Positions 34,855 to 44,153 of a stretch of 56,516 nt of DNA are shown one piece after another. This stretch comes from Flavobacteriales bacterium (lineage in GTDB: Bacteria > Bacteroidota > Bacteroidia > Flavobacteriales > Flavobacteriaceae), in NCBI GenBank assembly GCA_011524915.1, contig WTJH01000039.1, positions 1 to 56,516 on the forward strand. Reading direction: 5' to 3'. The translations under genes and the position numbers were made by a program. The notes under the pieces were generated by a model, which saw only the letters and a program-made list of their open reading frames with translations, made no database searches and had not been told where the DNA came from. Within the stretch, counting starts at the first letter, position 1. Each line of letters starts with the position of its first letter.

Positions 34855-37142
34855 TAGAATTGTATACCTAAAGTTTGATTATCGTTTCCTAAAGGGAGGT
34901 TTTCTGTTGTGGAAGATCGATATATTTTCCCAATCGAATATTTTTGATCTCCCGTGACTTCTAAGGGAATGCTTGCTTCCATTTGGAGTTGATCTACCTT
35001 TACGATGGGCTCTCCTACAACCAAATGCATGCTGATCTTTTTCGTTTGCTGGAAAACCGAGTTCTGAATAGCAATGTCCTGAGCCCCATAAAGCTTTATA
35101 GCTGCATCGTATTTATTACGCTTCCCAAAACCAACATTGGTCAAGGTACAATGATTCATATCTAAAAAAGGACCAAATGTACTTTCGTCTTTTCCTCCCC
35201 GATGCAAGACTAAAACAGCCCCTTCGATATTGCTAAAGCGATTGTTATGCAAGGTTAAAAACTCCACATTGTAAATCCCCACATCATCCGTTTCCTTATC
35301 CAAAGCCAATACATGTCCAGTGACCTGATTAAAGCTAGAATTGGCAATATAGATCTCATCCGCAAAAGTGTTTTTATACACCCGGATCACATCAAAAGAA
35401 TGATTGATATCCAAATTATCGAAATGACAGTCCTCTATCCGTAGACTGTAGTTTTTGTTCATAGAGTACTTACTGGTTCGGATCACAGAGTTTCCAGAAC
35501 CGTCTGGAGCGTAGTCCCCCAAAAATGTCAATCCCTGAAGCGAGAGTTCTCCCCCATTGACAATATCGAAGGCTGCTTTTTTCTCCCAATAAATCTTAGG
35601 AGAAACCCCTTGGGCAGCTCGGATACTTAAGGGATGTTTAATCAAAGGTAATTTGGTAAGTTCATAAGCAGCAGACTCCGTTAATTCGAGTATATCTCCC
35701 GGCTTGGATTCCGATATGGCATCGTATAAGGTATTCGTCCCGGCTCGAACCAAATGAATTTTTCCGCTGTTAAAAGGGATACGCTTGTCCGCTTTAGAAT
35801 ACCAATTCGTTCCGGTATTCTCTTTGGAAGGCAGTTCTTTTGGAAGTTTGGGAGCAATCGTCTTCCCCTTTACTTGAGGCATCAGAAGCCCGTTGGCCTG
35901 TTGAGTAAGCGTCATGGGCTGGATTTTAAATCCATCTGCCACTTGGGCATTCACAGGCTGATTGGAACGGTTTTTAGCAAAGTTGATCCCGCTGATATCG
36001 TCATAAATTGTAAACAGTTTTCGACGGGTCGACTGGTAAAAGGTGTTGTTGTTAAAAGTAGAATTGATCGGAGTGGCGGAGCGCTCCGCATCGCTGCCTG
36101 CACACAATTGTACATGGTCCGAATCTACAAAAACATTGTTTTCAATAATGGCACTCTCGACCTGAAAGTAGCGGTTTAAGGGAGAATTAGGCACTCCATT
36201 CATCACCACTAAAGCCCCTCTAAAGCGGTAGCCTGTTAGCCCATAACCATAATTGTTTTGAACCGTTTGGAAGCCGTTGATCACTCGGATCCCTCCCGTA
36301 TTGGGTTTGCGATTCCCCAAAAAAACATTCCCCTCCACCAAGGTTTCATTTCCATGACGCATGGTTAGGGTACCGATGCACTCGTTAAACACATTATCTC
36401 GGTAGATGTTTTGGCAAGACTTATTGGAGATGATTTCATGTTCCCCATCGCATCGGTCGAATAAGTTGTTCCGCACAATGGTATTCGAATTTTTAAGCGA
36501 ATGATGACTGGTTCCAATTCGAAGGGTTTCCCCTCCATTGGATCCCAAATTTTGGCGGGGACCAAAATAGTTGTGTTCTATGATATGATTGTTTTGTAAA
36601 CTCTCATCAGAATTTAGCCGAACAATAAGGGTTACCCCTCTATTGCCTTTCCCTTCCAGATGACAGTGGTCTACTCGATTGTTGCGCCCATATAAAGCCA
36701 CCCAACTATCCTGCTCATGCCTTTCGGGATTTGAGTAGTTGTCGATTACACACTCCGTTAATCGGGAGTTATACGCAAATTCGGATTTGTTTTTGCGAAA
36801 AGAAATCACCTCATTGGTTGGCGTATAGCCATTTCTAAACACCAGCCCTTCTACATGCAAATAGTTGCCCGCCAGGCGTAAATAGGACTGCCCTTCTAAA
36901 CTAACCTTGCCTTTTTCTTCTACGGTTAAAGTAATCGGCGCCTCGGCTGTCCCTTGTCCCTCGAATAGGAGTTCGGCATCCGTCCAAACACCATTGGCCA
37001 ACACTATTGTCGTTCCCGGTTGAGCCGCGGCTACAGCCGCATCAAAAGCAGCAACATCTGAAACCAAAATAGGAGCTTGTGCCAACAAAAAACCCGTAGC
37101 AATGATCCAGCTCGTCAGGGTAAAAAATAGTCTAAATAGCAT
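34854..37142 (-). CDS. PL6-family alginate lyase, two-domain
   Basis: TTIVLANGVWTD, GETLRIG, NNLFDRCDGEHEIISNKS. The stop overlaps the PL17 start (TAATG), which implies translational coupling. Confidence 0.85.
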   Translation of the reverse strand: MLFRLFFTLTSWIIATGFLLAQAPILVSDVAAFDAAVAAAQPGTTIVLANGVWTDAELLFEGQGTAEAPITLTVEEKGKVSLEGQSYLRLAGNYLHVEGLVFRNGYTPTNEVISFRKNKSEFAYNSRLTECVIDNYSNPERHEQDSWVALYGRNNRVDHCHLEGKGNRGVTLIVRLNSDESLQNNHIIEHNYFGPRQNLGSNGGETLRIGTSHHSLKNSNTIVRNNLFDRCDGEHEIISNKSCQNIYRDNVFNECIGTLTMRHGNETLVEGNVFLGNRKPNTGGIRVINGFQTVQNNYGYGLTGYRFRGALVVMNGVPNSPLNRYFQVESAIIENNVFVDSDHVQLCAGSDAERSATPINSTFNNNTFYQSTRRKLFTIYDDISGINFAKNRSNQPVNAQVADGFKIQPMTLTQQANGLLMPQVKGKTIAPKLPKELPSKENTGTNWYSKADKRIPFNSGKIHLVRAGTNTLYDAISESKPGDILELTESAAYELTKLPLIKHPLSIRAAQGVSPKIYWEKKAAFDIVNGGELSLQGLTFLGDYAPDGSGNSVIRTSKYSMNKNYSLRIEDCHFDNLDINHSFDVIRVYKNTFADEIYIANSSFNQVTGHVLALDKETDDVGIYNVEFLTLHNNRFSNIEGAVLVLHRGGKDESTFGPFLDMNHCTLTNVGFGKRNKYDAAIKLYGAQDIAIQNSVFQQTKKISMHLVVGEPIVKVDQLQMEASIPLEVTGDQKYSIGKIYRSSTTENLPLGNDNQTLGIQF

Positions 37143-37159
37143 TATTTAAAGGAAACAGT

Positions 37160-37188
37160 TTGGTTTACCAAATTGGTTTTCCAATATA
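37160..37188 (-). promoter_or_regulatory. Two tandem operator units (TTGGTTTACCAA, TTGGTTTTCCAA) overlapping the -7-like box TATATTGG of the PL6/PL17/kdgF unit
   Basis: Plus-strand sequence: TTGGTTTACCAAATTGGTTTTCCAATATA. 18-46 nt upstream of the PL6 ATG. Confidence 0.55.
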
Positions 37189-37270
37189 GGAATTTTCCCC
37201 TTCCCCCCAGACAACACTATAAAATTTATAGTTGGTGTACGAAACACACATCTACGAGCGTTTAAATCGC

Positions 37271-37927
37271 ATGAAAGGAATTCAAAAAATTGGACTGCTT
37301 TGGACGCTTGGATCCATGCTTTGGGCCCAAGGCGATGCGCTCCTTTTACAGCAATATCGACTAGGTCCTGATTTGGATGCCTTTTACCACAATTGGAATT
37401 TTGAGATTCAAGGGAATATATACAATCTTCACCCCGATGTGGACTATACCGAGAGTCGCTGGTCTTTTGGTTTGGGATTAGGAGCCGAAAAACGCTTTTC
37501 CAAAACTTTTGGGGTTTCCCTCAGTGCCCAATGGCATACCGTCCACTACCGCTATTCCTTAAGCCAAAACAAAACCAAAGATCGCGTCAATTATCTCGTA
37601 TTGCCTTTTACCGGCCGGGCACATGCCACCCGTAGGCTATTTTTTGAAGCGGGTCCCAGTGTTGCCATCCCCCTGCAAGCGACCAACGAAAATGCTGTTC
37701 GTACAATAGCTCCGGTGAATCAGTACAATTCTGGGGTATTTAAGATCAATCCGGGGATGTATGTGGGCATAAGCTACAACCCTTGGTGGCGTTTACATCT
37801 CAAAGCCATCTATCAGTTGTGGCGACGCAAAGCAGACCCACTCCAATACCAACCGAATCGGTTTCGAGGGTTTAGCTTTCAAATCCACTACTTCCTTAAA
37901 AATCCGCGGAAAAAACCGACCCCTTAG
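37271..37927 (+). CDS. Outer-membrane beta-barrel (OmpA-N/porin-like) protein
   Basis: Signal peptide, alternating amphipathic strands, aromatic-rich C-terminal strand. Start set at MKGIQKI. Confidence 0.45.
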   Translation: MKGIQKIGLLWTLGSMLWAQGDALLLQQYRLGPDLDAFYHNWNFEIQGNIYNLHPDVDYTESRWSFGLGLGAEKRFSKTFGVSLSAQWHTVHYRYSLSQNKTKDRVNYLVLPFTGRAHATRRLFFEAGPSVAIPLQATNENAVRTIAPVNQYNSGVFKINPGMYVGISYNPWWRLHLKAIYQLWRRKADPLQYQPNRFRGFSFQIHYFLKNPRKKPTP

Positions 37928-38364
37928 TCTTTTAGAATAATTTCGATCACTCCATTTTTTCCAGCTGCACCGTATTTCTTTTCCGCAGCCTTGCCCTTAA
38001 GGACGTTCATCTCTTTGATGTTTTTGGGTTGGAGTTCCTGCAATTGATAGGTCCGATCTTGTATTTGTCCGTTGACCACAATCAGCGGTTGCTCGGGTTT
38101 TTGAAAAACAAAAACATTTTCCGCCACACTGTCCTTGGCTTTCCACTGCAAGGGAGCTTCCTCTATAGGTTTTTCGGAATCTTTAATAATAAAGACGCTT
38201 GAAGCACCTTCGGGTAGGGTTTGTGGGGGTGTTTCAGGACGAAAAGCATCGCCCTTAGGAGACCTGCCTTCTTGGGTGGCTTTGGGTTGTTCGGGATATA
38301 CTCGGATAATGATACAGCTCTGCAACAAACATCCGATCAGCAAGAGTAATAGTTTTTTGTTCAT
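37924..38364 (-). CDS. Small lipoprotein with a plug-like C-terminal motif
   Basis: Lipobox LLQSC. C-terminal IKEMNVLKGKAAEKKYGAAGKNGVIEII resembles the TonB-receptor plug/BlaR-associated motif. Confidence 0.4.
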   Translation of the reverse strand: MNKKLLLLLIGCLLQSCIIIRVYPEQPKATQEGRSPKGDAFRPETPPQTLPEGASSVFIIKDSEKPIEEAPLQWKAKDSVAENVFVFQKPEQPLIVVNGQIQDRTYQLQELQPKNIKEMNVLKGKAAEKKYGAAGKNGVIEIILKD

Positions 38365-38367
38365 CCG

Positions 38368-39255
38368 TTAAAAATAACGAGAAATCCCAATTTTGATCAA
38401 GCGGTGGTGTTTTTTTATCTGGCGACTACTGCTCTGAGTATGCGACTGGATCAGCCATAAAAACTTCCACTTTTTCCCTTGGAGGGCAACTCCTCCCTCA
38501 TAACACAAGCGGAGTGTATGCATCGGAAAATCCCAAACGCTGTTGTTAAAAAACCGATCCCCCTGCCATACAAAATCATGAAACCAATAGGACGCATTGA
38601 TGCCCGCATAGAGTCCCCAACTGTCTTGAGCTAGGGCATGCCCTCTTTGCAAATAGAGGGCTTGAGAAGATTCGCCTAACATCCACCCCATCCGGCCTCC
38701 TACAAAAGACTGATAGGTTCCTGTTTGTCCATAAAGGTTGAAGCCCAAGGCGTGGGAAGGAATCAGCGGTTGGCGATAATACAAATCGGCTCGACTACTG
38801 ACATGTACTTGTTGGGGTTGCTGCGCGCTCCAAGCCAGCTCCGGAAGTTGCAAAACCGTCCGGTGATAGATGTTTTGAAAAGCTTGCGCCAAGGAAGCTT
38901 CCCCGGTGAGTCCCAAACGAACATTCCATCGCCAAGAAGCCCGATCGGTCCAATGCCGTTGATGAGCATAGCCCACATAGAGCCAGCCGCAATAGGGGTG
39001 GTCATAGCGTTCGATATCGGTTACATATCTTTGCTTAGGGGTATAGATCTCTTGCCCCAATTCCCAAGTGGATACTCCCGTACCCGCTACACTGTCCTTA
39101 GGGGATTTTATAATATTATAGTTAATAAATATCCCGCTGGAATAATAGTAGTCGGTCCCAAAAAACAAATCATTATCGACTTGAAGGTCCAACAGCTTTT
39201 GCCCAAAACTAAAGCTGGAAAAAAAAGTAATACTGAAGATTAAAAGTCCTCTCAT
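38368..39255 (-). CDS. LpxR-family (DUF2219) lipid A deacylase-like outer-membrane protein
   Basis: Signal peptide. LQVDNDLFFGTDYYYSSG matches the DND...D..Y motif of this family. About 295 aa. Confidence 0.5.
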   Translation of the reverse strand: MRGLLIFSITFFSSFSFGQKLLDLQVDNDLFFGTDYYYSSGIFINYNIIKSPKDSVAGTGVSTWELGQEIYTPKQRYVTDIERYDHPYCGWLYVGYAHQRHWTDRASWRWNVRLGLTGEASLAQAFQNIYHRTVLQLPELAWSAQQPQQVHVSSRADLYYRQPLIPSHALGFNLYGQTGTYQSFVGGRMGWMLGESSQALYLQRGHALAQDSWGLYAGINASYWFHDFVWQGDRFFNNSVWDFPMHTLRLCYEGGVALQGKKWKFLWLIQSHTQSSSRQIKKHHRLIKIGISRYF

Positions 39256-40043
39256 GGTTTAAGCACCAAAAGAGGTACGGTACAATAAAAGTCTTTTTTA
39301 AGAACCATATCCGGTTCCCAGAGTTTTTCGAAAAATCCGCGTTCCCGTTTAAAAACGACCAATAAATCGGGTTGAGAGGCCTGAAAGTGTTCTAAAACGC
39401 CCTGATAAACCGTTGCGTTTTTGGTCTGAAGGGTTTGTTGGGCCATTGCCATAAGTGCGGCATCGGCATGTTCGTGTGGATCGGGAAGGCTGGGGGTCTG
39501 AACAAACAACAGATCCATAGCTGCTTGAGTTTTTTGGAGCAGTTTTTGAATAAAGCTTACCGGATGGGCTTGAGCAAAACTTCCGTGTTTTAGGGCCAAG
39601 AGCATTTTGGTCGTAGGTATAAATGCTTGTTCTAGGGGAGCTACCCAAACAGGAATGTCGGTCCGCTTAATTAAACTCCCAGCGATACGTCCCAAAAAGA
39701 CTTTTTCGTGCATATCGTTATTTAGGGGAGCCACAACAATAAGATCCAATCCTACTTGAGCATTTAAATTTTTAATACTTCCAACAAGGTCTTGCTGACT
39801 TCTCAGAATTTTGACGGGCACAGCTTGCGGATTGTTGGACTGTGCCAAGGTTTTGATCCGGTCCACATTTTTTTCTTCTGCCAAGGCATGTATGTTTTGC
39901 ATATGACTCGACCCTGTAGATCGGGGAGGATAGGCGTCTATCAAATATACTGTAGCACCAAAATAGTGGGCTAAGTCGAAACCATATCGAAGCGTATGAG
40001 CAGCAAAATCAGAAATTCCAATCGGGATAGCAATATTTTTCAT
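39252..40043 (-). CDS. Tandem universal stress protein (UspA) family protein
   Basis: Two Usp-like halves (MKNIAIPIG...LIVVAP... and a second alpha/beta half). Start trimmed to MKNIAIP. ATGA overlap with the downstream gene. Confidence 0.45.
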   Translation of the reverse strand: MKNIAIPIGISDFAAHTLRYGFDLAHYFGATVYLIDAYPPRSTGSSHMQNIHALAEEKNVDRIKTLAQSNNPQAVPVKILRSQQDLVGSIKNLNAQVGLDLIVVAPLNNDMHEKVFLGRIAGSLIKRTDIPVWVAPLEQAFIPTTKMLLALKHGSFAQAHPVSFIQKLLQKTQAAMDLLFVQTPSLPDPHEHADAALMAMAQQTLQTKNATVYQGVLEHFQASQPDLLVVFKRERGFFEKLWEPDMVLKKDFYCTVPLLVLKP

Positions 40044-40097
40044 CCTATTTTTAGGCTTTAAAAGAAAGTACAAAAATAACGAAAAAAGCATGTATCT

Positions 40098-40601
40098 ATG
40101 GATATTCATCCCCTATCCCTAAGGGATTTGGACCGCATTTGTGCCATCGCTCGTTCGTGTGGGAAACACATGCAATCCCAAGGTATTTTTCAATGGCACG
40201 AAAGCTATCCTGCACCTTCGGATTTTGAAAAGGATTTGCAAGAAAAACGAATCTGGGGCGGATGGGAAAACGACCAGCTGATCGGCTTTGTGGTCTATAC
40301 CACCCAGATGAGTCCCGCCTATGAGGAAGTTCCTTGGAACTGTCCAGATACCCCCAACGCCTATGTCCATCGGCTGGCGGTAGACCCCCCCTATCAGCGG
40401 CAAGGAAAGGCGGGGCTTTTGATGGATTTTTGCGAATCCAAAGCTCGAGCCGAGGGCTGTACAAGTGTTCGTCTGGATGCCTATAGCCGCAATCCCATAA
40501 ACCTCGGCTTTTATGAACAAAGAGGATATAGCCGTTGTGGGGAGGTCTTTTACCCGCATAAAAATCCACACCCCTTTTATTGTTTTGAAAAGCAATTCTA
40601 A
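40098..40601 (+). CDS. GNAT-family N-acetyltransferase
   Basis: Acetyl-CoA motif A: VHRLAVDPPYQRQGKAGLLMDF. Also FYEQRGY. Confidence 0.75.
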   Translation: MDIHPLSLRDLDRICAIARSCGKHMQSQGIFQWHESYPAPSDFEKDLQEKRIWGGWENDQLIGFVVYTTQMSPAYEEVPWNCPDTPNAYVHRLAVDPPYQRQGKAGLLMDFCESKARAEGCTSVRLDAYSRNPINLGFYEQRGYSRCGEVFYPHKNPHPFYCFEKQF

Positions 40602-40615
40602 GCTACCTTAGCCTT

Positions 40616-41371
40616 ATGAAAGGAAAATACACCTATTCGGTCCGTGAAGGGATCGCCACGCTTAGCTTCGGTTCTCCAGCGGGCAATGCACTCCCGGCTC
40701 AGCTGTTGGCTGACCTCAGTCAGCAAATCGAAATTTTTGGGATCGATCCGGAGGCCCGGATATTGATCCTCCAAAGCGAAGGAGCGGGTGCCTTTTGTGG
40801 GGGAGCCTATCTCAATGAACTCATGTCTGTGGAAAATCCCAGCCAAGGCAAGGACTTTTTTATGGGATTTGCCCATCTGATCAATGCCATCCGTTGCTGT
40901 TCCAAGTTTGTGATAGGAAGAATTCACGGGAAGATTGTCGGTGGAGGCGTAGGCCTTGCTGCGGCATGCGATTTTAGTCTGGCAACAGAAGCGGCAGCCG
41001 TTAAACTCTCGGAACTTTCCATCGGCTTGGGTCCCTATGTAATTGAACCCGCTGTAAGTCGTAAAATTGGAACAACCGCCTTTGCCCAATTGTCTTTTGA
41101 AGCCACCCAATGGAAGTCGGCTCAATGGGCCTTTGATCGAGGTTTATATGCGCAACTCTACCCATCGGTAGAAGCCCTAGATGCTGCCTTGGAATCCCAA
41201 GCTCAACAATGGGCACAATACGACCCCGTGGCCATGCACCAGCTGAAAAAACTGCATTGGAAAGACACCGAACATTGGGACGAGCTGTTGGAAAAAAATG
41301 CAGCCATTACCGGTCAATTGGCCTGTTCGGACTTTACTCAAAATTTTCTTAAAAAATTAAAAAACAAATGA
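40616..41371 (+). CDS. Enoyl-CoA hydratase/isomerase (crotonase) family protein
   Basis: FCGGAYLNE and GKIVGGGVGLAAACDF oxyanion-hole blocks. Confidence 0.75.
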   Translation: MKGKYTYSVREGIATLSFGSPAGNALPAQLLADLSQQIEIFGIDPEARILILQSEGAGAFCGGAYLNELMSVENPSQGKDFFMGFAHLINAIRCCSKFVIGRIHGKIVGGGVGLAAACDFSLATEAAAVKLSELSIGLGPYVIEPAVSRKIGTTAFAQLSFEATQWKSAQWAFDRGLYAQLYPSVEALDAALESQAQQWAQYDPVAMHQLKKLHWKDTEHWDELLEKNAAITGQLACSDFTQNFLKKLKNK

Positions 41372-41823
41372 ATAAAAGGATTCGTCTAACCAAAGAGTTT
41401 AGGTTTGAAACCGGCCATGCCCTGCCCGGATATGACGGCCTCTGCCGCAATGTACACGGCCACAGCTACCACCTTTCCGTAACTTTGATCGGAGAACCCA
41501 TAACGGACCCTTCCCATGTCAAATACGGAATGGTAATCGACTTTTCTGACCTTAAAAAAATCGTGAAAGAAGAGATCGAAGACCCTTTCGACCACGCCAC
41601 CGTGCTCAATGTAAATTCGGAACACAAAGCTTTAGCCGATACCATGGAAGCCCATGGGCATAAAGTAATTCGGGTCCCCTATCAGCCCACCAGCGAAATG
41701 ATGTTGTTGGATTTTGTAGCCAAGATTCAAAAACGCCTGCCCGACCATCTCGAATTGGCCTCCCTTAAACTGCGAGAAACCGCCACGGCATTTGCCGAAT
41801 GGCACGCTTCGGACAACCGCTAA
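41368..41823 (+). CDS. queD: 6-carboxy-5,6,7,8-tetrahydropterin synthase
   Basis: FRFETGHAL, CRNVHGHSYHL. 151 aa. ATGA overlap with the upstream gene. Confidence 0.85.
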   Translation: MNKRIRLTKEFRFETGHALPGYDGLCRNVHGHSYHLSVTLIGEPITDPSHVKYGMVIDFSDLKKIVKEEIEDPFDHATVLNVNSEHKALADTMEAHGHKVIRVPYQPTSEMMLLDFVAKIQKRLPDHLELASLKLRETATAFAEWHASDNR

Positions 41824-44153
41824 AAACCTAAATCGTCCAGGTTGTCTTCCTGGAGCTGCAAGGGCGAGTCGATCGTATTTTGCAGGGCCTCACAGTCCAG
41901 CTCTATATTGACCTTTTCAGGGATTTCAAAGGTTGCCGTAGAAACCCCCAGCTCGGGATTGGCATATAAAGACTTCATAAAGACTCCCCAGATGGGTAGT
42001 GCCATCGTCGCGCCCTGTCCTTCTGCAATTTCCTGAAAGTGAACGGAGCGGTCTTCTCCCCCTACCCACACTCCTGTAGCCAGATTGGGGACCATCCCCA
42101 TAAACCAACCATCACTTTGATTTTGGGTGGTTCCGGTCTTTCCAGCGATGGGATTTTCAAAGATATAGGGGTAGCCAGTCACGACATTCTTATAGACATA
42201 ATTACTCTTTTCCAGTCCGGCATGGCGGAGGCGAGCCCCCGATCCGTATTGGGTAACTCCTTCCATCAGGTTTAGGGTTACATAGGCGACTTCCTCGCTC
42301 AATACATCCTGAGTTTCGGGCACCATTTGATATAAAATCCGACCGTTTTTGTCCTCGATTCGAGTGACGATCTGCGGTTTAACATAAATCCCTTTATTGA
42401 CAAATGTCCCATAGGCCGCTACCATTTCATACAAGCTGATATCGGGTGTTCCTAGGGCAATCGAAGGAACCGGAGGCAGATAAGAAGTGATTCCCATCTT
42501 TTTGGCCAAACGCACCACCGGTTTGGGGCCTACCTGATCCATCAGTCGGGCCGAAATGGTGTTGACCGAATTGGCCAAAGCATTTTTTAGGGTACGGATT
42601 TGTCCGTATTTATCCCCCGAATTTTTAGGGCACCAAGGTTCCACATTTCCGTGTTTCATCGCTTCGATACAGTAGAGTGCATCGGGATATTCGTCGCAGG
42701 GAGAAACTTTCAGCTGATCGATAGCCGTCGCATATAAAAAGGGCTTAAAGGTGGACCCGATTTGTCGGCGGCCTTGCTTGACTTGGTCGTACTGGAAATG
42801 TTTGTAGTTATAGCCACCCACCCAAGCTTTGACATGCCCCGTTTGGGGTTCCATAGCCATCAAAGAGGCTCGTAAAAAGTGCTTGTAGTAGCGGATCGAA
42901 TCCATGGGCGACATCACCGTATCGATTTCGCCTCGCCAGCTGAATACCCGCATCGGAATTTTTTCTTTGAATTGAGCTTTTAACTGCTCGTCTGTAAGCC
43001 CGGCATTTTTCCCGTTGCGCCAGCGTTCCGATCGGAAGGCCGTTCGCAACATCAGCGTATCGATCTCCCCCGTCCGAAGGTCTACAAAGGGGGCTGTCGG
43101 ATTCATCCGGGGCGTATTTTGTAAGAAAAACTCTTTTTGTAGGTTTTTCATATGGGCACTAACCGCTTCTTCGGCCAGTTCTTGGATCCGAGCATCCAGA
43201 GTGGTATAGATCCGAAGTCCGTCTCTATAAATATTATAGGTGCTGCCGTCGGCTTTGGGATTGTTCCGAATCCATTCCCGCATAAAACTTTGTAGATAGG
43301 CTCGGAAGTAGGTCGCCAGTCCTTCTCGGTGCGATTCCGGACTAAAGTCCAATTCCAACGGCAATTGCCGAAGCGAATCCCGTTCCTGCTCCGAAAGCAT
43401 ATCGTTGCGATACATCTGCTGAAAGACCACATTCCGGCGTTCTCGAACCTTTTCGGGACGACGAATCGGATTAAACAAGGACGAATTTTTTAGCATGCCC
43501 ACCAAGGTTGCCGCTTCTTGCTGATTGAGGGCTTTGGGGCTTTTATTAAAAAATATTTTAGCTGCCGACCGAACCCCATCGGCATTGTATCCAAAGTCGT
43601 AAATGTTGAGATACATAGCAATGAGTTCTTGCTTGGTATATCGGCGTTCTAACTGAACGGAAAGCACCCATTCTTTAATTTTCTGAACAATGGCCTGCGA
43701 CTTGTTTCGAGAGCGAACGCCCACAAACAACTGCCGTGCCAACTGCTGTGTAATGGTACTGGCCCCTCCTTTTTTTCCGAGATAGACCACCGCCCGCAGG
43801 GTTCCCCGCCAATCGATCCCAGAATGCTTATAAAAACGTTCGTCTTCGGTAGCGATAAGGGCTTGAACCAGATTTTGAGGCAGTTCGTCGTAGGTAATGG
43901 GTGTTCGGTTATCGTTAAAATAGTATTTCCCTAAAATCTGACCATCCACAGACAGCACTTCGGTGGCCAAATTGGTATTTGGATTTTCGAGCTGCTCAAA
44001 GGGGGGCATAGGGCCTAAAAGTCCCAAAGCTGCCGATCCAAAAATCCCACCAACAGCCAAGACTCCGATCAGAAATAGCCCCCAAAATATCTTAAGGGGA
44101 AGTGCAAATTCTTTCCAGAGGGAGGTCTTCTTTTTTGCTTTTTTGGCAGCCAT
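41820..44153 (-). CDS. mrcA: Class A penicillin-binding protein 1A (glycosyltransferase plus transpeptidase)
   Basis: GT51 motifs EDERFYKHSGID and GASTITQQLAR. Transpeptidase motifs STFKP, SVN and KTGTT. Confidence 0.9.
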   Translation of the reverse strand: MAAKKAKKKTSLWKEFALPLKIFWGLFLIGVLAVGGIFGSAALGLLGPMPPFEQLENPNTNLATEVLSVDGQILGKYYFNDNRTPITYDELPQNLVQALIATEDERFYKHSGIDWRGTLRAVVYLGKKGGASTITQQLARQLFVGVRSRNKSQAIVQKIKEWVLSVQLERRYTKQELIAMYLNIYDFGYNADGVRSAAKIFFNKSPKALNQQEAATLVGMLKNSSLFNPIRRPEKVRERRNVVFQQMYRNDMLSEQERDSLRQLPLELDFSPESHREGLATYFRAYLQSFMREWIRNNPKADGSTYNIYRDGLRIYTTLDARIQELAEEAVSAHMKNLQKEFFLQNTPRMNPTAPFVDLRTGEIDTLMLRTAFRSERWRNGKNAGLTDEQLKAQFKEKIPMRVFSWRGEIDTVMSPMDSIRYYKHFLRASLMAMEPQTGHVKAWVGGYNYKHFQYDQVKQGRRQIGSTFKPFLYATAIDQLKVSPCDEYPDALYCIEAMKHGNVEPWCPKNSGDKYGQIRTLKNALANSVNTISARLMDQVGPKPVVRLAKKMGITSYLPPVPSIALGTPDISLYEMVAAYGTFVNKGIYVKPQIVTRIEDKNGRILYQMVPETQDVLSEEVAYVTLNLMEGVTQYGSGARLRHAGLEKSNYVYKNVVTGYPYIFENPIAGKTGTTQNQSDGWFMGMVPNLATGVWVGGEDRSVHFQEIAEGQGATMALPIWGVFMKSLYANPELGVSTATFEIPEKVNIELDCEALQNTIDSPLQLQEDNLDDLGF

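Noticed and set aside
38725-39243. 172-aa plus-strand ORF, and similar antisense ORFs at 45932..46480, 49186..49626, 50481..50909, 35754..36179, 31330..31717 and 5985..6344
   Set aside because: Each lies wholly inside, and antisense to, a gene with strong family motifs (LpxR-like, trhO, trpS, dprA, PL6, SusC, sulfatase). None shows a recognisable motif.
40096-41125. Three long minus-strand ORFs (157, 158 and 175 aa)
   Set aside because: They are antisense to the well-supported GNAT and enoyl-CoA hydratase genes. They are Arg/Gly/Pro-rich, as expected for open antisense frames in GC-richer DNA.
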